Positions 1 through 9,765 of a stretch of DNA of 64,000 bases are shown here, piece after piece. The translations under genes were made by a program, and so were the position numbers. Source of the stretch: Bacillota bacterium (lineage in GTDB: Bacteria > Bacillota > Limnochordia > Darwinibacteriales > JAAYFS01). The DNA is taken from the NCBI GenBank assembly GCA_012728115.1, contig JAAYFS010000055.1:11779-75778 (forward strand). The letters run 5' to 3'. Under the pieces are notes generated by a model. That model was not told the DNA's origin. It did no database searches and was given only the letters and a program-made list of their open reading frames with translations. Every line of letters starts with the position of its first letter. Position 1 is the first letter of the stretch.

Positions 1-186
1 CAGTTATACTTTTTGATACCAGATATCGTATATTCGCATCCAAATGCTCATTTAAATTTTGTTCAAACCGAAAAATGGCTCGGAGAAGTATGTAGTAAGA
101 TTCAAAGAACCCAGGATATTAAGGAATATCCCAAAGGAAAAGATTGCGCTTTTTGTGGTTATGCATGCGAGTTGTTCCATATCTAA
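1..186 (+). CDS. 3' end of an upstream gene, product unknown (C-terminus ...KDCAFCGYACELFHI)
   Basis: Frame-1 ORF is open from the window edge to the stop at 184-186. The overlapping 61-aa ORF 59..244 is probably spurious. Confidence 0.25.
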   Translation, partial: QLYFLIPDIVYSHPNAHLNFVQTEKWLGEVCSKIQRTQDIKEYPKGKDCAFCGYACELFHI

Positions 187-256
187 CATGATCTATCATG
201 CGTGTCCAAAATTCTTATCTATCAATTTTGTCGAACAGTCTTAGGGAGGAAGATCC

Positions 257-1498
257 ATGCCATTTACCAAACAAGAAATCGGAGATGGTGTTCGGTTACA
301 TCTATGTGATAATAGCCGTTACAAAACGATTACGGTGAAAATCTTCATCCAACAAGAAATTTCGGAGGAACATGTTACTCAAACTGCTATCATCCCTTTT
401 TTATTGCTCCGCCAGCTTCAATATGAAGAATTCGCGGGGGTAAGCTTTAAAGGTGATATTATTAAAACTGGGGATCTCCAAATTATCGAATTCAGTATGG
501 AGATGGTATTACCAGAATTCCTTCCCTATGGTCAAAAAATGGCGAAAACGGCGTGCAAGACCCTTTGGAAACAGATTTCTGATCCTGAGTTAGTAAGGAA
601 GGCATTTAATAAAAAAGATTTTGAGCTTGAGCGATTAGCCTTAAAAAATAGACTTAATGATAGAGTGAATAATCGATCAACCTTTGCTCGATACCGTGCT
701 ACCCGTCATATAGGTTATTTAGAAGAAATGAAGATTCATCAATATGGGTTGGAAGAATACTTTGAGCAGCTCGAAGTAGAGGAGGTATACGAATACTATA
801 AAGAATTGATTCGCTACCACCCGATCGATATCTTTATAGTTGGAAAAGGGGTAGAGAGGCTTGCCAAAGTCTTTGATGTCTCTGGTTTAAATAGAAAGGC
901 AATTAAGAGATTGACAGTGGCAGAAGAAATTCCACGCGGAACTCCGATTGACTGCTACGATCGCCATAATGTTGAGCAAGGGATCTGTTTGATGTGCTAT
1001 CGAACAGGTCTTAGCTATGCTGATGATGAATTTTTTGAACTGGTAGTCCTTAGCGGAGTGTATAGTAGATTTTCACATTCTAAACTCTTTGTTCATTTGC
1101 GCGAACGAGCAACTTTATGCGAACGGTTACATAGTTTTATAGAACCCACCAAGGGCTACTTGATGGCTGGGGCAACCATCAATGTCCGTGTATATGGCAG
1201 TGTGTTAAGAGTGATGGATCGCCAGTTAGAAGCGATCGAACTAGGTAAGATCACTCCAGCCGAATTGGAAAACACCAAAAAAGCTTTGATCAGGGAATTA
1301 ATCTGTGTTGAAGATAATCCCGTAATGTTAATTTATCAATATCTGATCGCGGTTATTAACCAAAAAGTACGCTCGGTAGAAGAGAAGATCGACTTAATAA
1401 ACCAAGTAACCATCACCAATGTGCAAAAAAGAGCTCTAAATCTGACTCTTGATACTATCTACTTATTCCATGGAGTGCCTAGAAGGAGGAAAAAATAA
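257..1498 (+). CDS. M16 (pitrilysin/insulinase) family peptidase-like protein, probably the non-catalytic partner
   Basis: RBS AGGGAGGAAG lies upstream of the ATG. The 413-aa protein has a stop/start overlap with the next M16 gene, as in YmfF/YmfH-type pairs. Confidence 0.55.
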   Translation: MPFTKQEIGDGVRLHLCDNSRYKTITVKIFIQQEISEEHVTQTAIIPFLLLRQLQYEEFAGVSFKGDIIKTGDLQIIEFSMEMVLPEFLPYGQKMAKTACKTLWKQISDPELVRKAFNKKDFELERLALKNRLNDRVNNRSTFARYRATRHIGYLEEMKIHQYGLEEYFEQLEVEEVYEYYKELIRYHPIDIFIVGKGVERLAKVFDVSGLNRKAIKRLTVAEEIPRGTPIDCYDRHNVEQGICLMCYRTGLSYADDEFFELVVLSGVYSRFSHSKLFVHLRERATLCERLHSFIEPTKGYLMAGATINVRVYGSVLRVMDRQLEAIELGKITPAELENTKKALIRELICVEDNPVMLIYQYLIAVINQKVRSVEEKIDLINQVTITNVQKRALNLTLDTIYLFHGVPRRRKK

Positions 1499-2781
1499 TG
1501 TCCTATTCTTCTCTAATCAACGGCGAACGCCTTTTTTGCCACAGATTTGCTAATGGACTTCGAGCGTACATTTTAGAGAAACCTGGATATAAGCGTCAGT
1601 TAGCAACTCTAGCGGTTCGCTTTGGGTCACTGGATATTAAACACGAACTAATTGGTGTTGGTCAGATCGATGTTCCTGCGGGAAGCGCCCACTTGCTTTC
1701 TCATTTGCTATTGGAAGAGGAAGAAGGAGAAAATGTCTTTCAACGTTTTGCTAATTTAGGTGCTTCGATTGATACAGATACATTTAAGAATATAACTATT
1801 TTTCAAGTCTCAACCTGTGGGAATTTATTAGAGGTGATCACTGAATTAATTGACTTTGTGCACCGACCCTACCTAATTCCAGAACTAACCGAGAAAACCC
1901 GAAAAATAGTGGAACATGAAATCAGAACGTACCAGGGAGATTGTCGGTGGCTAGGAAACAATAATTTGCTTAGCGGACTGTACCAGGAAAACCCCGTAAG
2001 GGTTAGTGAGTATGGCACAGTTGGTTCCATTCGCCAGATTGATACAGAATTGATGTTATTATGCTATCATTCCTTTTATCATCCTGCTAATATGGCACTT
2101 TTTGTAGCGGGTGATGTTTCTGCGCAGAGGGTAGTCGGACAAATATCAAAAGCATTTGCAAAACACGATCATTTTCAAGCACCACAGGTTATTCGCCTTT
2201 ATCAGCATGAACCAGTGGAAGTTTTTCAAAGCAAGGTTGAGGATGAACTCTTTATTTCTCGTCCGTACTATCTTCTCGGCATCAAACAACTTCCTTACTA
2301 TCAGGGTTTTGATTTACTGCGCCATCAACTGATCATGGAGTTTGTCTGCAATATCATCGTTTCTAAAAGTCAATCGTATATAAAAGAACTGTACCGCAGA
2401 AATGTTTTTGACGAAACATTTTTTGCCGAATTTACTGCCAGTATTTATTATGCATATTTGACTATTGGTGGTTTCACCACAAATGTCGCCAGATTCGATG
2501 AAAATTTACGCAAGGCCATCCTAAAACTTAAGCAAGAGCGAATTCGACTTGATCATTTTGAAATTTTCAAGCATAATATTTGTGCCCAACATATTCGTTT
2601 ATTAGAATCAATCGAAACTTATGCGATCAAGTTTCTCGCCTTTCAATTTCAAGGTGTTTACTTTCAAGACTTTGCCCGAGCTTTAGCTAGTATCGACCAG
2701 AGTGATGTTAATAACGCGCTTGAAACAAGTCTTGATTTAAATCAAGCCACGGTCTCGGTGTTACTTCCCGATACCAGGTAG
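1498..2781 (+). CDS. M16 family zinc peptidase (insulinase-like)
   Basis: The 427-aa protein has an N-terminal region GSAHLLSHLLLEEEE at the position of the inverted zinc motif HxxEH...E. It is translationally coupled to the preceding gene. Confidence 0.6.
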   Translation: MSYSSLINGERLFCHRFANGLRAYILEKPGYKRQLATLAVRFGSLDIKHELIGVGQIDVPAGSAHLLSHLLLEEEEGENVFQRFANLGASIDTDTFKNITIFQVSTCGNLLEVITELIDFVHRPYLIPELTEKTRKIVEHEIRTYQGDCRWLGNNNLLSGLYQENPVRVSEYGTVGSIRQIDTELMLLCYHSFYHPANMALFVAGDVSAQRVVGQISKAFAKHDHFQAPQVIRLYQHEPVEVFQSKVEDELFISRPYYLLGIKQLPYYQGFDLLRHQLIMEFVCNIIVSKSQSYIKELYRRNVFDETFFAEFTASIYYAYLTIGGFTTNVARFDENLRKAILKLKQERIRLDHFEIFKHNICAQHIRLLESIETYAIKFLAFQFQGVYFQDFARALASIDQSDVNNALETSLDLNQATVSVLLPDTR

Positions 2782-2790
2782 GAGGTAAAT

Positions 2791-3360
2791 ATGTTAGATA
2801 AGCGTGCTTTAAGGAAAAAATTAATTGCGGAGCGAGATGGAATCGCAAAACAAAGAAAAGCGCGTCTAGAAAAAAGCATTCTAGACTCTCTTTTTAATCA
2901 CGAAGCATATCAAAAAGCTATATCGATCATGACCTATATTGGTTTCGGAAGCGAAATAGACACTTGGCAAATCATTGAACAGGCTTGGGCTAATGGCAAG
3001 ATTGTCTATGTTCCTAAGATCGTCAAAACAACTGAACGCTCAACTATGATCGCAGTAAAAATAAATGAGCGAGACGATTTAGCGGCAGGCACTTGGGGAA
3101 TTCTAGAACCAATAAACTCAGAACCAGCGGATGCAAGCGAAATCGACCTCATTATAGTACCTGGTTTGGCTTTTAATGCTCAAGGGTATCGGATCGGCTA
3201 TGGTGGCGGTTACTATGACCAATTCTTACCGCATGTTAGAGGGCGTACCATTGCCTTATGCTTTGACCGATTTTTGCGTGAAGATATTCCTGTTGAAAGC
3301 TGGGACATTCCTGTAGAAATAATAATTACTGAAAAAAGGGTACTTCCAACAAAGAGGTGA
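2791..3360 (+). CDS. 5-formyltetrahydrofolate cyclo-ligase
   Basis: The motif [27 protein letters not shown] is typical of the MTHFS/YgfA family. The size of 189 aa fits. Confidence 0.8.
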   Translation: MLDKRALRKKLIAERDGIAKQRKARLEKSILDSLFNHEAYQKAISIMTYIGFGSEIDTWQIIEQAWANGKIVYVPKIVKTTERSTMIAVKINERDDLAAGTWGILEPINSEPADASEIDLIIVPGLAFNAQGYRIGYGGGYYDQFLPHVRGRTIALCFDRFLREDIPVESWDIPVEIIITEKRVLPTKR

Positions 3361-3364
3361 TAGA

Positions 3365-4150
3365 ATGGATCGAAAGTGGCTTGATAGGCAAGTTGAAGAA
3401 TTAGGAGAGGCTCTAGCTCAACAGAACCTGGCTTTGGCTGTTCCTGATTTATTTGAGAGTACCTTTAAGGCCAAGATAGAGAGCAATTTGGCAAGATTGA
3501 TTGACCATACTCTTTTAAAACCCGACGCAACTAAGGATGAAATCAAATCCCTCTGCCAAGAGGCAATCGAATATCAATTTGCTTCTGTTTGTGTCAATCC
3601 AAAGTTTGTTGCTTTTGCGTATGAATGTTTGCAAAATAGTGTGATCAAGATACCTGTTTGCACCGTTGTTGGTTTTCCTTTAGGTGCAAACACTACTTTA
3701 GTAAAGGTACTCGAAACTCGTGATGCAATCGCTAATGGTGCAACTGAAATCGATATGGTGCTTGCAATTTCCTCCTTGAAAGAGAAGGACTATGCCGCTG
3801 TTTATCAAGATATTGCTCAAGTAGTGGAGGCAGCAGGCGGTAATATTGTAAAAGTGATCCTGGAAACTTGTTACTTAACTAAGGAAGAGATTGTTAAGGC
3901 TAGTGTACTAGCGAGAATGGCAGGAGCATCTTTCGTTAAGACCTCAACAGGCTTCGGAAGCTATGGAGCCTTGGCGGAAGACGTGGCCCTAATGCGGAGA
4001 GTTGTAGGAGAAAGTATGGGAGTTAAAGCGTCGGGAGGAATAAGAGATCGTTCGACAGCTCTTCAAATGATTGAAGCTGGGGCGACCCGTATTGGAGCTA
4101 GCAAAGGCGTAGAAATAGTTACTGGAAAACCACAGAGCAAAAGTGGGTGA
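3365..4150 (+). CDS. deoC: deoxyribose-phosphate aldolase with an N-terminal extension of about 40 aa
   Basis: DeoC-type core: [17 protein letters not shown], the Schiff-base region FVKTSTGF and the C-terminal SGGIR. Confidence 0.8.
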   Translation: MDRKWLDRQVEELGEALAQQNLALAVPDLFESTFKAKIESNLARLIDHTLLKPDATKDEIKSLCQEAIEYQFASVCVNPKFVAFAYECLQNSVIKIPVCTVVGFPLGANTTLVKVLETRDAIANGATEIDMVLAISSLKEKDYAAVYQDIAQVVEAAGGNIVKVILETCYLTKEEIVKASVLARMAGASFVKTSTGFGSYGALAEDVALMRRVVGESMGVKASGGIRDRSTALQMIEAGATRIGASKGVEIVTGKPQSKSG

Positions 4151-4721
4151 TTACGATAACTGAACACTATTTTTCACAAAATCCGCAATCAAAAAGTACT
4201 CCTCATCGATTAGAAGAAGAGATCAAAGGACAGAGATTGAGAAAGGAACCAAGATCTTGCTTTCTGCTCTTGAACTTAATCCTGGTGAAACTGTTTTGGA
4301 TCTTGGGTGCGGTTATGGACCGATCGGGATTGTAGCTGCTAAAATGGTTGGTCCTCAAGGTAAGGTATACATGGTGGATATCAACGAACGAGCGGTAGAA
4401 TTAGCAAAACAAAATGCAACAATTAATGGCGTGGATAATGTTGATATTCGTGTAAATGACGGTTTGAACGGGTTAAATATTGATTTCGACTGTATAATTA
4501 CTAACCCGCCAATTAGGGCTGGAAAACAAGTGATATATAAAATGGTTGATGATGCCTACGAACGTTTAAAAGCTGAAGGGCGCTTGATCATGGTTATTCG
4601 CATGAAACAAGGAGCAAAAAGCATGGAACAAAAGCTCCAAGAACTATTTGATGAGGTACATACCATAGAGAGAAAATCGGGTTATCGCGTCCTATTAGCA
4701 CAAAAAATTACCTCCTCTTAG
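4147..4721 (+). pseudogene. RsmC/YbxB-like class I SAM-dependent methyltransferase split across two frames (frameshift or internal deletion)
   Basis: The N-terminal piece [17 protein letters not shown]...GQRL (frame 1) and the C-terminal piece LELNPGETVLDLGCGYG...ITNPP (frame 3, TTG at 4257) overlap. The expected TDxGVFS segment between them is missing. Confidence 0.5.
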
Positions 4722-4779
4722 CGCTAGTTCTAATGACTACTGTAGCTTGAATTATAGGAGGAACTGTGGAGGATAAAAA

Positions 4780-5826
4780 ATGTATCCCCGTATGTACTTT
4801 TATTTAAAAAAGCTCGAACATAATACCAGGATCATTGTTGAACGCTGCAAGCAAAATGGGATTAAGGTAGTGGGTGTAACCAAGGTTAGCTGTGGGATTC
4901 CAGAAATTGGACAAGCAATGCTTAATGGTGGAGCATTTGCATTAGGGGAATCACGATTGGAAAATATAAAAAGAATCCGTTCTGGATGTTGTGGAGATCC
5001 AGAAATTTGGTTGCTACGTTCACCAGCAATCAGTGAGATTTCAGATGTTATTGAATACGTTGATGTAAGTCTAAACACTGAACTATCAGTTCTTGCAGCA
5101 CTGAGTAAAGAGGCTGAAAAAAGAGGAAAGAAACATCGAGTAGTATTAATGGTAGAGATGGGAGATTTTCGGGAAGGCATCTTACCTTCAAAGCTACCGC
5201 AACTCTACCAAGAAGCAGCAAAATTTAACGGCATTAAAATAACTGGGATAGGTACTAATTTATATTGTTTTCAAAGTGGCCCACCGACGTGGGAAACCTT
5301 TACTGAGTTAGAAAATTTGAATGAGCAATTAAAAAACGATTTCGGGATAAGCAATCTCTTTATTACAGCAGGTAATAGTAGTGCTTTAGGTTTGCTCAAG
5401 AAAACGGCGGTAAGGGAAGCACCTTTATTTGATCCAAGTACAAGTAATCATATCTTTCGGATCGGCGAGAGTATTTTTCTAGGAAGAGATCTGGTGACGG
5501 GTGAACCGCTAGCAGAATGTTATCTTGATGCTTGTATTATTGAAGGAGAGGTTATCCAAGTCCAACCTAAGCCATTAGTTCAAAAGAGCGGGGATAATCG
5601 TATCGTTAACCAAGCAATTGTAGCGATAGGTACCCAGGAACTAGGGGCTGGCTCACTGTGTCCGATAGATCCTAATGTGCATATACTAGGAGCAAGTAGT
5701 GACCATCTAGTTGTTGTTATCGAACAACAGAACATCAAGGTTGGTTCAATTCTTAGTTTTATCCCAAACTACCAAGCATTGTTAGGATTATCAGATTCCA
5801 GTTATGTCAGCAAAGTGTTGGTTTAA
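4780..5826 (+). CDS. Alanine-racemase-fold PLP enzyme (ornithine racemase/YhfX-like predicted amino-acid racemase)
   Basis: The N-terminus MYPRMYFYLKKLEHNTRIIVERCKQNGIKVVGVTKV has a Lys in the VTKV motif that is typical of fold-III PLP racemases. Length is 348 aa. Confidence 0.55.
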   Translation: MYPRMYFYLKKLEHNTRIIVERCKQNGIKVVGVTKVSCGIPEIGQAMLNGGAFALGESRLENIKRIRSGCCGDPEIWLLRSPAISEISDVIEYVDVSLNTELSVLAALSKEAEKRGKKHRVVLMVEMGDFREGILPSKLPQLYQEAAKFNGIKITGIGTNLYCFQSGPPTWETFTELENLNEQLKNDFGISNLFITAGNSSALGLLKKTAVREAPLFDPSTSNHIFRIGESIFLGRDLVTGEPLAECYLDACIIEGEVIQVQPKPLVQKSGDNRIVNQAIVAIGTQELGAGSLCPIDPNVHILGASSDHLVVVIEQQNIKVGSILSFIPNYQALLGLSDSSYVSKVLV

Positions 5827-5835
5827 TAACCATGA

Positions 5836-5864
5836 TTGCCTAACCTAAGACTCTATGATATTAT
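5836..5864 (+). promoter_or_regulatory. candidate sigma-A promoter of the ADP-kinase-like gene
   Basis: TTGCCT (5836-5841), a 17-bp spacer and an extended -10 TGaTATTAT (5856-5864). Confidence 0.4.
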
Positions 5865-5922
5865 ATTTTAAGAGTTTATCGTTTATTATTGGAGGTATTA
5901 TCTAACTGGAGGTATTTTCTAA

Positions 5923-7359
5923 ATGGAAGCAGTCTGGGAACAAAGGGTTAAAGAAGCAGTAAAGCAAAAAATCACTGGTAGAATTTTTTCCGCATTTAAT
6001 ACTAATATAGATGTAATTGTTCATTTGAACAAACAAATTATTAAACAATGGATAGACTCTACAGAAGGCTGTACTGTAGAGGCTTTAAATTCTATAGACG
6101 TAGATAACCTCGAAGTAGTAAGAGATAAATTAGATTTCTTAGCAGTTATTAAAGATTGTTTAGGGAAGGGTAAGAGCTTCTACATTGTACTAGAAGATCT
6201 CTCTTTATTCGATTGGCTGGAGGAGAATACTCCTGCACGCAGAGAAGAAATGGGTGGACAAGCAGGAATTATCGCCAACCAAATGGCTGCTCTCGATGCT
6301 ACATCGGTAGTATATACCTCGCTTCTGTCACAAAAGCAAGCTAATCTTTTCTTCCCTGAAGTATTGACACCAGTGATTGATGATAATGGCTTAAAACTTA
6401 ATCCAGTAATCGAAAGTGCAAACAAAGAAGATAGTACCAAGATTAACTGGATCTTTGAATATGCAAAAGGCATAGAATTTGACTTTGGTGGCGAAAAAGT
6501 AATCACCCCGAGAGCAAATCGCGTAATTCTCTCAACTCGTCCTGAAGGTGCAGTAATGACCTTTAAAGGACAGGTAGCTGACCACTTACCAGAGTTAGGG
6601 GAAAAGATCGATGTTGCTTTTATGGCTGGCTATCACTACTGTCCAACCGAAGAAAAAGCAATGCAAGAATACCTCACTGATTGTATTGAGGGGTTAAGAA
6701 AATTAAAACAAAACAATTCTAATCTGCATTTACACTTCGAATATGTGCCAATGAAGGATCAAGAAGCAGAAAAGAAAATGCTAACAGCAGTAGCTCAAGA
6801 AATTCAATCCTTCGGTATTAACGAAAACGAGATCAAAAGAGTACTAGCTGGATTTGGTTTCCAAAAAGAAGCGGACGAGATCGAGAAAGACGAAAGAGCA
6901 TTCTCCTTATACGAAGGGGCCTTAAGGATAATGGAGACTCTTGGTTTCGAACGAATCCAAGTTCATAATCTAGGTTACTATGTCTTAGTGCTCAAAAAAC
7001 CTTATCCAGTAGCCTTAGATCAGGTGCGAGCTTCTTGTCTCTATGCGTCAGCAGTAAATGCCATTAAGGCTAAGTACGGCGGATACGTAAAAGCAGAACA
7101 AGTAAAAGAAGCAGCTTCATTTGGTCTATCCACTATCGGAATCGAACAAATAAAAGGTTTTGAGGCTGAAATGAAGAGAAAAGGTATAGTTGTTCCTGAT
7201 AACTTCCTGGAAGAAGGAATAATAGAGTACGACAACCATTACCTAATGATTGTTCCTGCCCATGTAGTCCCCAATCCTATTAGTACTGTAGGAATGGGTG
7301 CTACCATCTCATCTTCTTCGTATGCTTGCGAATTCAGCTACGTTAGTCAAATGCGATAA
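5923..7359 (+). CDS. ADP-dependent glucokinase/phosphofructokinase-family (archaeal-type ribokinase-superfamily) homolog
   Basis: Motifs present: the NxNxD motif FNTNID, MGGQAGIIANQM, KQANLFF, and C-terminal PISTVGMGATISSSSYACEFS at the position of the GXGD motif. An intrinsic terminator follows. Confidence 0.55.
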   Translation: MEAVWEQRVKEAVKQKITGRIFSAFNTNIDVIVHLNKQIIKQWIDSTEGCTVEALNSIDVDNLEVVRDKLDFLAVIKDCLGKGKSFYIVLEDLSLFDWLEENTPARREEMGGQAGIIANQMAALDATSVVYTSLLSQKQANLFFPEVLTPVIDDNGLKLNPVIESANKEDSTKINWIFEYAKGIEFDFGGEKVITPRANRVILSTRPEGAVMTFKGQVADHLPELGEKIDVAFMAGYHYCPTEEKAMQEYLTDCIEGLRKLKQNNSNLHLHFEYVPMKDQEAEKKMLTAVAQEIQSFGINENEIKRVLAGFGFQKEADEIEKDERAFSLYEGALRIMETLGFERIQVHNLGYYVLVLKKPYPVALDQVRASCLYASAVNAIKAKYGGYVKAEQVKEAASFGLSTIGIEQIKGFEAEMKRKGIVVPDNFLEEGIIEYDNHYLMIVPAHVVPNPISTVGMGATISSSSYACEFSYVSQMR

Positions 7360-7367
7360 AGTTGGAA

Positions 7368-7396
7368 ACTGCGGGATGTCTCGCAGTTTTCTTTTG
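7368..7396 (+). terminator. intrinsic terminator after the ADP-kinase-like gene
   Basis: ACTGCGG-GATGTC-TCGCAGT followed by TTTTCTTTT. Confidence 0.65.
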
Positions 7397-7483
7397 TAGT
7401 TTGGAAAGGAATATTCACAAAGATTACCGAATTACATCAATGAGTTAAGTGAAAAGGGTTATCTTCCGTGGAGGGATGCCAAA

Positions 7484-8431
7484 GTGTTAAATGAACTGAA
7501 GATATTCTCGGGTAGAGCCCATCCTGAACTTGCCCGCGAGATTTGTTCAGTATTGCAGGTGGAAATAGGCCGTTCGGAAATTATAAAATTCACAAATGAT
7601 AATTCTTTTGTTCGGATTTATGAAAGTGTACGTGAAGCAGATGTTTACGTTGTTCAACCATCATGCGAACCTGTGAATGATGGGATTGTAGAACTTCTTA
7701 TCATGGTTGATGCCCTTCGGAGAGCATCGGTAAAACGAATAACTGCAGTTCTACCCTACTTTCCGTACGGAAGATCAGATAAAAAGGACCAACCGCGAAT
7801 TTCGATCACTGCAAGATTAATGGCAGATCTTCTGGAAGTCGCTGGTGTGGATAGAGTACTTTCTGTAGATTTACATGCACCCCAAATTCAGGGTTTCTTC
7901 AAGATCCCTGTAGACCATTTGACAGCAATTCCGATTTTTGCCGCTTATTTTCAAGAAAAGAATCTTTCCGATCTAGTAATAGTTGCTCCAGATGCTGGCA
8001 GAGCGAAAATGGCACGTCAATATGCCAGAAGACTTAACTGTCCGATGGCGATCATTGATAAGCGCAGAGTTGCTAACGAGGAAAAAGTGGTTATGGAAAG
8101 CGTAATGGGGGATGTCGAAGGTAAACGTTGTCTATTAGTCGATGATGAAATAAGCTCTGGTGCTTCGATAGTTGCTGCAGCAAATACCCTAGAGAAATTT
8201 GGTGCAGCAGAAATATATGCTGCGATTACGCACCCGATTCTTTCAGGAATGGCGCCACAGCGAATAGCATCGTCACCGATTAAGGAATTAGTGGTAACTA
8301 ATTCGGTTCCCGTACCCGAAGAGAAACGGAATGGGAAAATCAAAGTACTTAGCATTGCACCTTTACTAGGGGAAGCTATTTGGTGTATTCATAACGGGGT
8401 TTCAGTCAGTAAGGTTTTTGAGAAGGAATAA
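7484..8431 (+). CDS. prs: ribose-phosphate pyrophosphokinase
   Basis: Full-length PRPP synthetase pattern: FSGRAHPELA...DLHAPQIQGFF...PRT domain. Confidence 0.9.
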   Translation: MLNELKIFSGRAHPELAREICSVLQVEIGRSEIIKFTNDNSFVRIYESVREADVYVVQPSCEPVNDGIVELLIMVDALRRASVKRITAVLPYFPYGRSDKKDQPRISITARLMADLLEVAGVDRVLSVDLHAPQIQGFFKIPVDHLTAIPIFAAYFQEKNLSDLVIVAPDAGRAKMARQYARRLNCPMAIIDKRRVANEEKVVMESVMGDVEGKRCLLVDDEISSGASIVAAANTLEKFGAAEIYAAITHPILSGMAPQRIASSPIKELVVTNSVPVPEEKRNGKIKVLSIAPLLGEAIWCIHNGVSVSKVFEKE

Positions 8432-8439
8432 AGAGAGGG

Positions 8440-8865
8440 ATGAAGAGCATGAGAGCACTGATACTACATACCGAAGAACCAAAGACAATTAAATGGGCTA
8501 ATGCATTGAGAGATGCTTTAGCAACCCATAATTGCAAAGTGGATCTAGTTGTCGCCAAAGAAAACCATTCCACTCCGATAGGTACTTCCCAGTATCGCTT
8601 GATCATAATGTTATCAAATTTTTCTGGTCTATTTAAGCCAAAACTACCTAATGCGGTTGATGATGCTCTCAAGCAATGTTCTCGTGTCCAGGGTAAGAGA
8701 GGAGCGGCATTCCTACCTGCAAAGCTTGGTTCTACTAAGGCCTTGAAAAACTTAATGGAAAAAATGGAACAACAAGGAATATTTGTCGAAGATTTTGGAG
8801 CCATTCGAAACCAAGTACAAGTCGAGAAAATTGCTGAAAGGCTGATGAATCTCCTAAATCCATAA
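8440..8865 (+). CDS. hypothetical protein, possibly with a flavodoxin-like fold
   Basis: A 141-aa ORF with a proper gene context and a downstream hairpin. No diagnostic motif was recognised. Confidence 0.4.
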   Translation: MKSMRALILHTEEPKTIKWANALRDALATHNCKVDLVVAKENHSTPIGTSQYRLIIMLSNFSGLFKPKLPNAVDDALKQCSRVQGKRGAAFLPAKLGSTKALKNLMEKMEQQGIFVEDFGAIRNQVQVEKIAERLMNLLNP

Positions 8866-8869
8866 ACGA

Positions 8870-8896
8870 AGAACCGCCCTCATAGAGAGCGGTTCT
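8870..8896 (-). terminator. hairpin between convergent genes, likely the nadE terminator
   Basis: AGAACCGC-N11-GCGGTTCT. The U-rich tail is on the minus-strand side only. Confidence 0.4.
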
Positions 8897-8905
8897 CACT
8901 TAAAC

Positions 8906-9685
8906 TTAAGACCGTTTGTATGCAGTAGGTACAGCTCGCTTATGGGCTGTAACTTTGTGGAGATGTTCGATCCTTTCCCGATCTTTGTCTGGGATCGGTT
9001 CTCCTTGTAAATATTTATCAATCATTTCATAGGTGGTTCCGATTTCAGCCTCATCAGTTTGCCCCTCCCAAAGGCCAGCAGAGGGGACTTTAGCTAAGAT
9101 TTCATCTGGGATGTTTAAAGCTTCAGCCAGCTTATATACCTCACCCTTGGTAAAATCGGCAAGGGGCAGAATATCGCAACCACCGTCACCGTACTTAGTA
9201 AAGTAGCCTGTATAAAGTTCGGCTGCGTTGTCGGTACCTACGACTAAGTAGTTTAAGAAATTAGCAACTGCATAAATAACAGACATACGTAAACGAGCAC
9301 GCAAATTGGCATCGGTCAGTTTAAGGATACTATCCTTAGTTGTAAATAACCCGATCTTTTTTAACTCATTGGATATTCCAGTTAAGATACTGGTGTGATC
9401 TTCGCTTAAATCGATTTCGAAACTAGTTAGACCGATTTTTTCGGCAACATCCCTTGCGTCAAGCGCATCTTGCGGATTAGAAAAGATGGGTATAATTACA
9501 CCAAGAGAGTGGTTCGGAAAGGCTTGTTTAATAAGGGCTGCAACCACAGCAGAATCGATTCCGCCACTGAGACCGACAACCAAACCTTGGCAATTTGCTT
9601 CTTTTACTCGATCTTGTAACCAATTAACTATATGTGGGATTTCGTTTGTGATATCCATTAATAATTCCTCCTGAAATAAATTCAA
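8906..9685 (-). CDS. nadE: NH3-dependent NAD+ synthetase
   Basis: The PP-loop motif GLSGGIDSAVV is present. The 259-aa size fits. Confidence 0.85.
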   Translation of the reverse strand: MNLFQEELLMDITNEIPHIVNWLQDRVKEANCQGLVVGLSGGIDSAVVAALIKQAFPNHSLGVIIPIFSNPQDALDARDVAEKIGLTSFEIDLSEDHTSILTGISNELKKIGLFTTKDSILKLTDANLRARLRMSVIYAVANFLNYLVVGTDNAAELYTGYFTKYGDGGCDILPLADFTKGEVYKLAEALNIPDEILAKVPSAGLWEGQTDEAEIGTTYEMIDKYLQGEPIPDKDRERIEHLHKVTAHKRAVPTAYKRS

Positions 9686-9765
9686 GAACCCTTATGGTGG
9701 AATAAACTATATACTATTACAGGCCCTTTGTCAATAAACCACGCTTGTGTTGGAGGTGTATGTTG

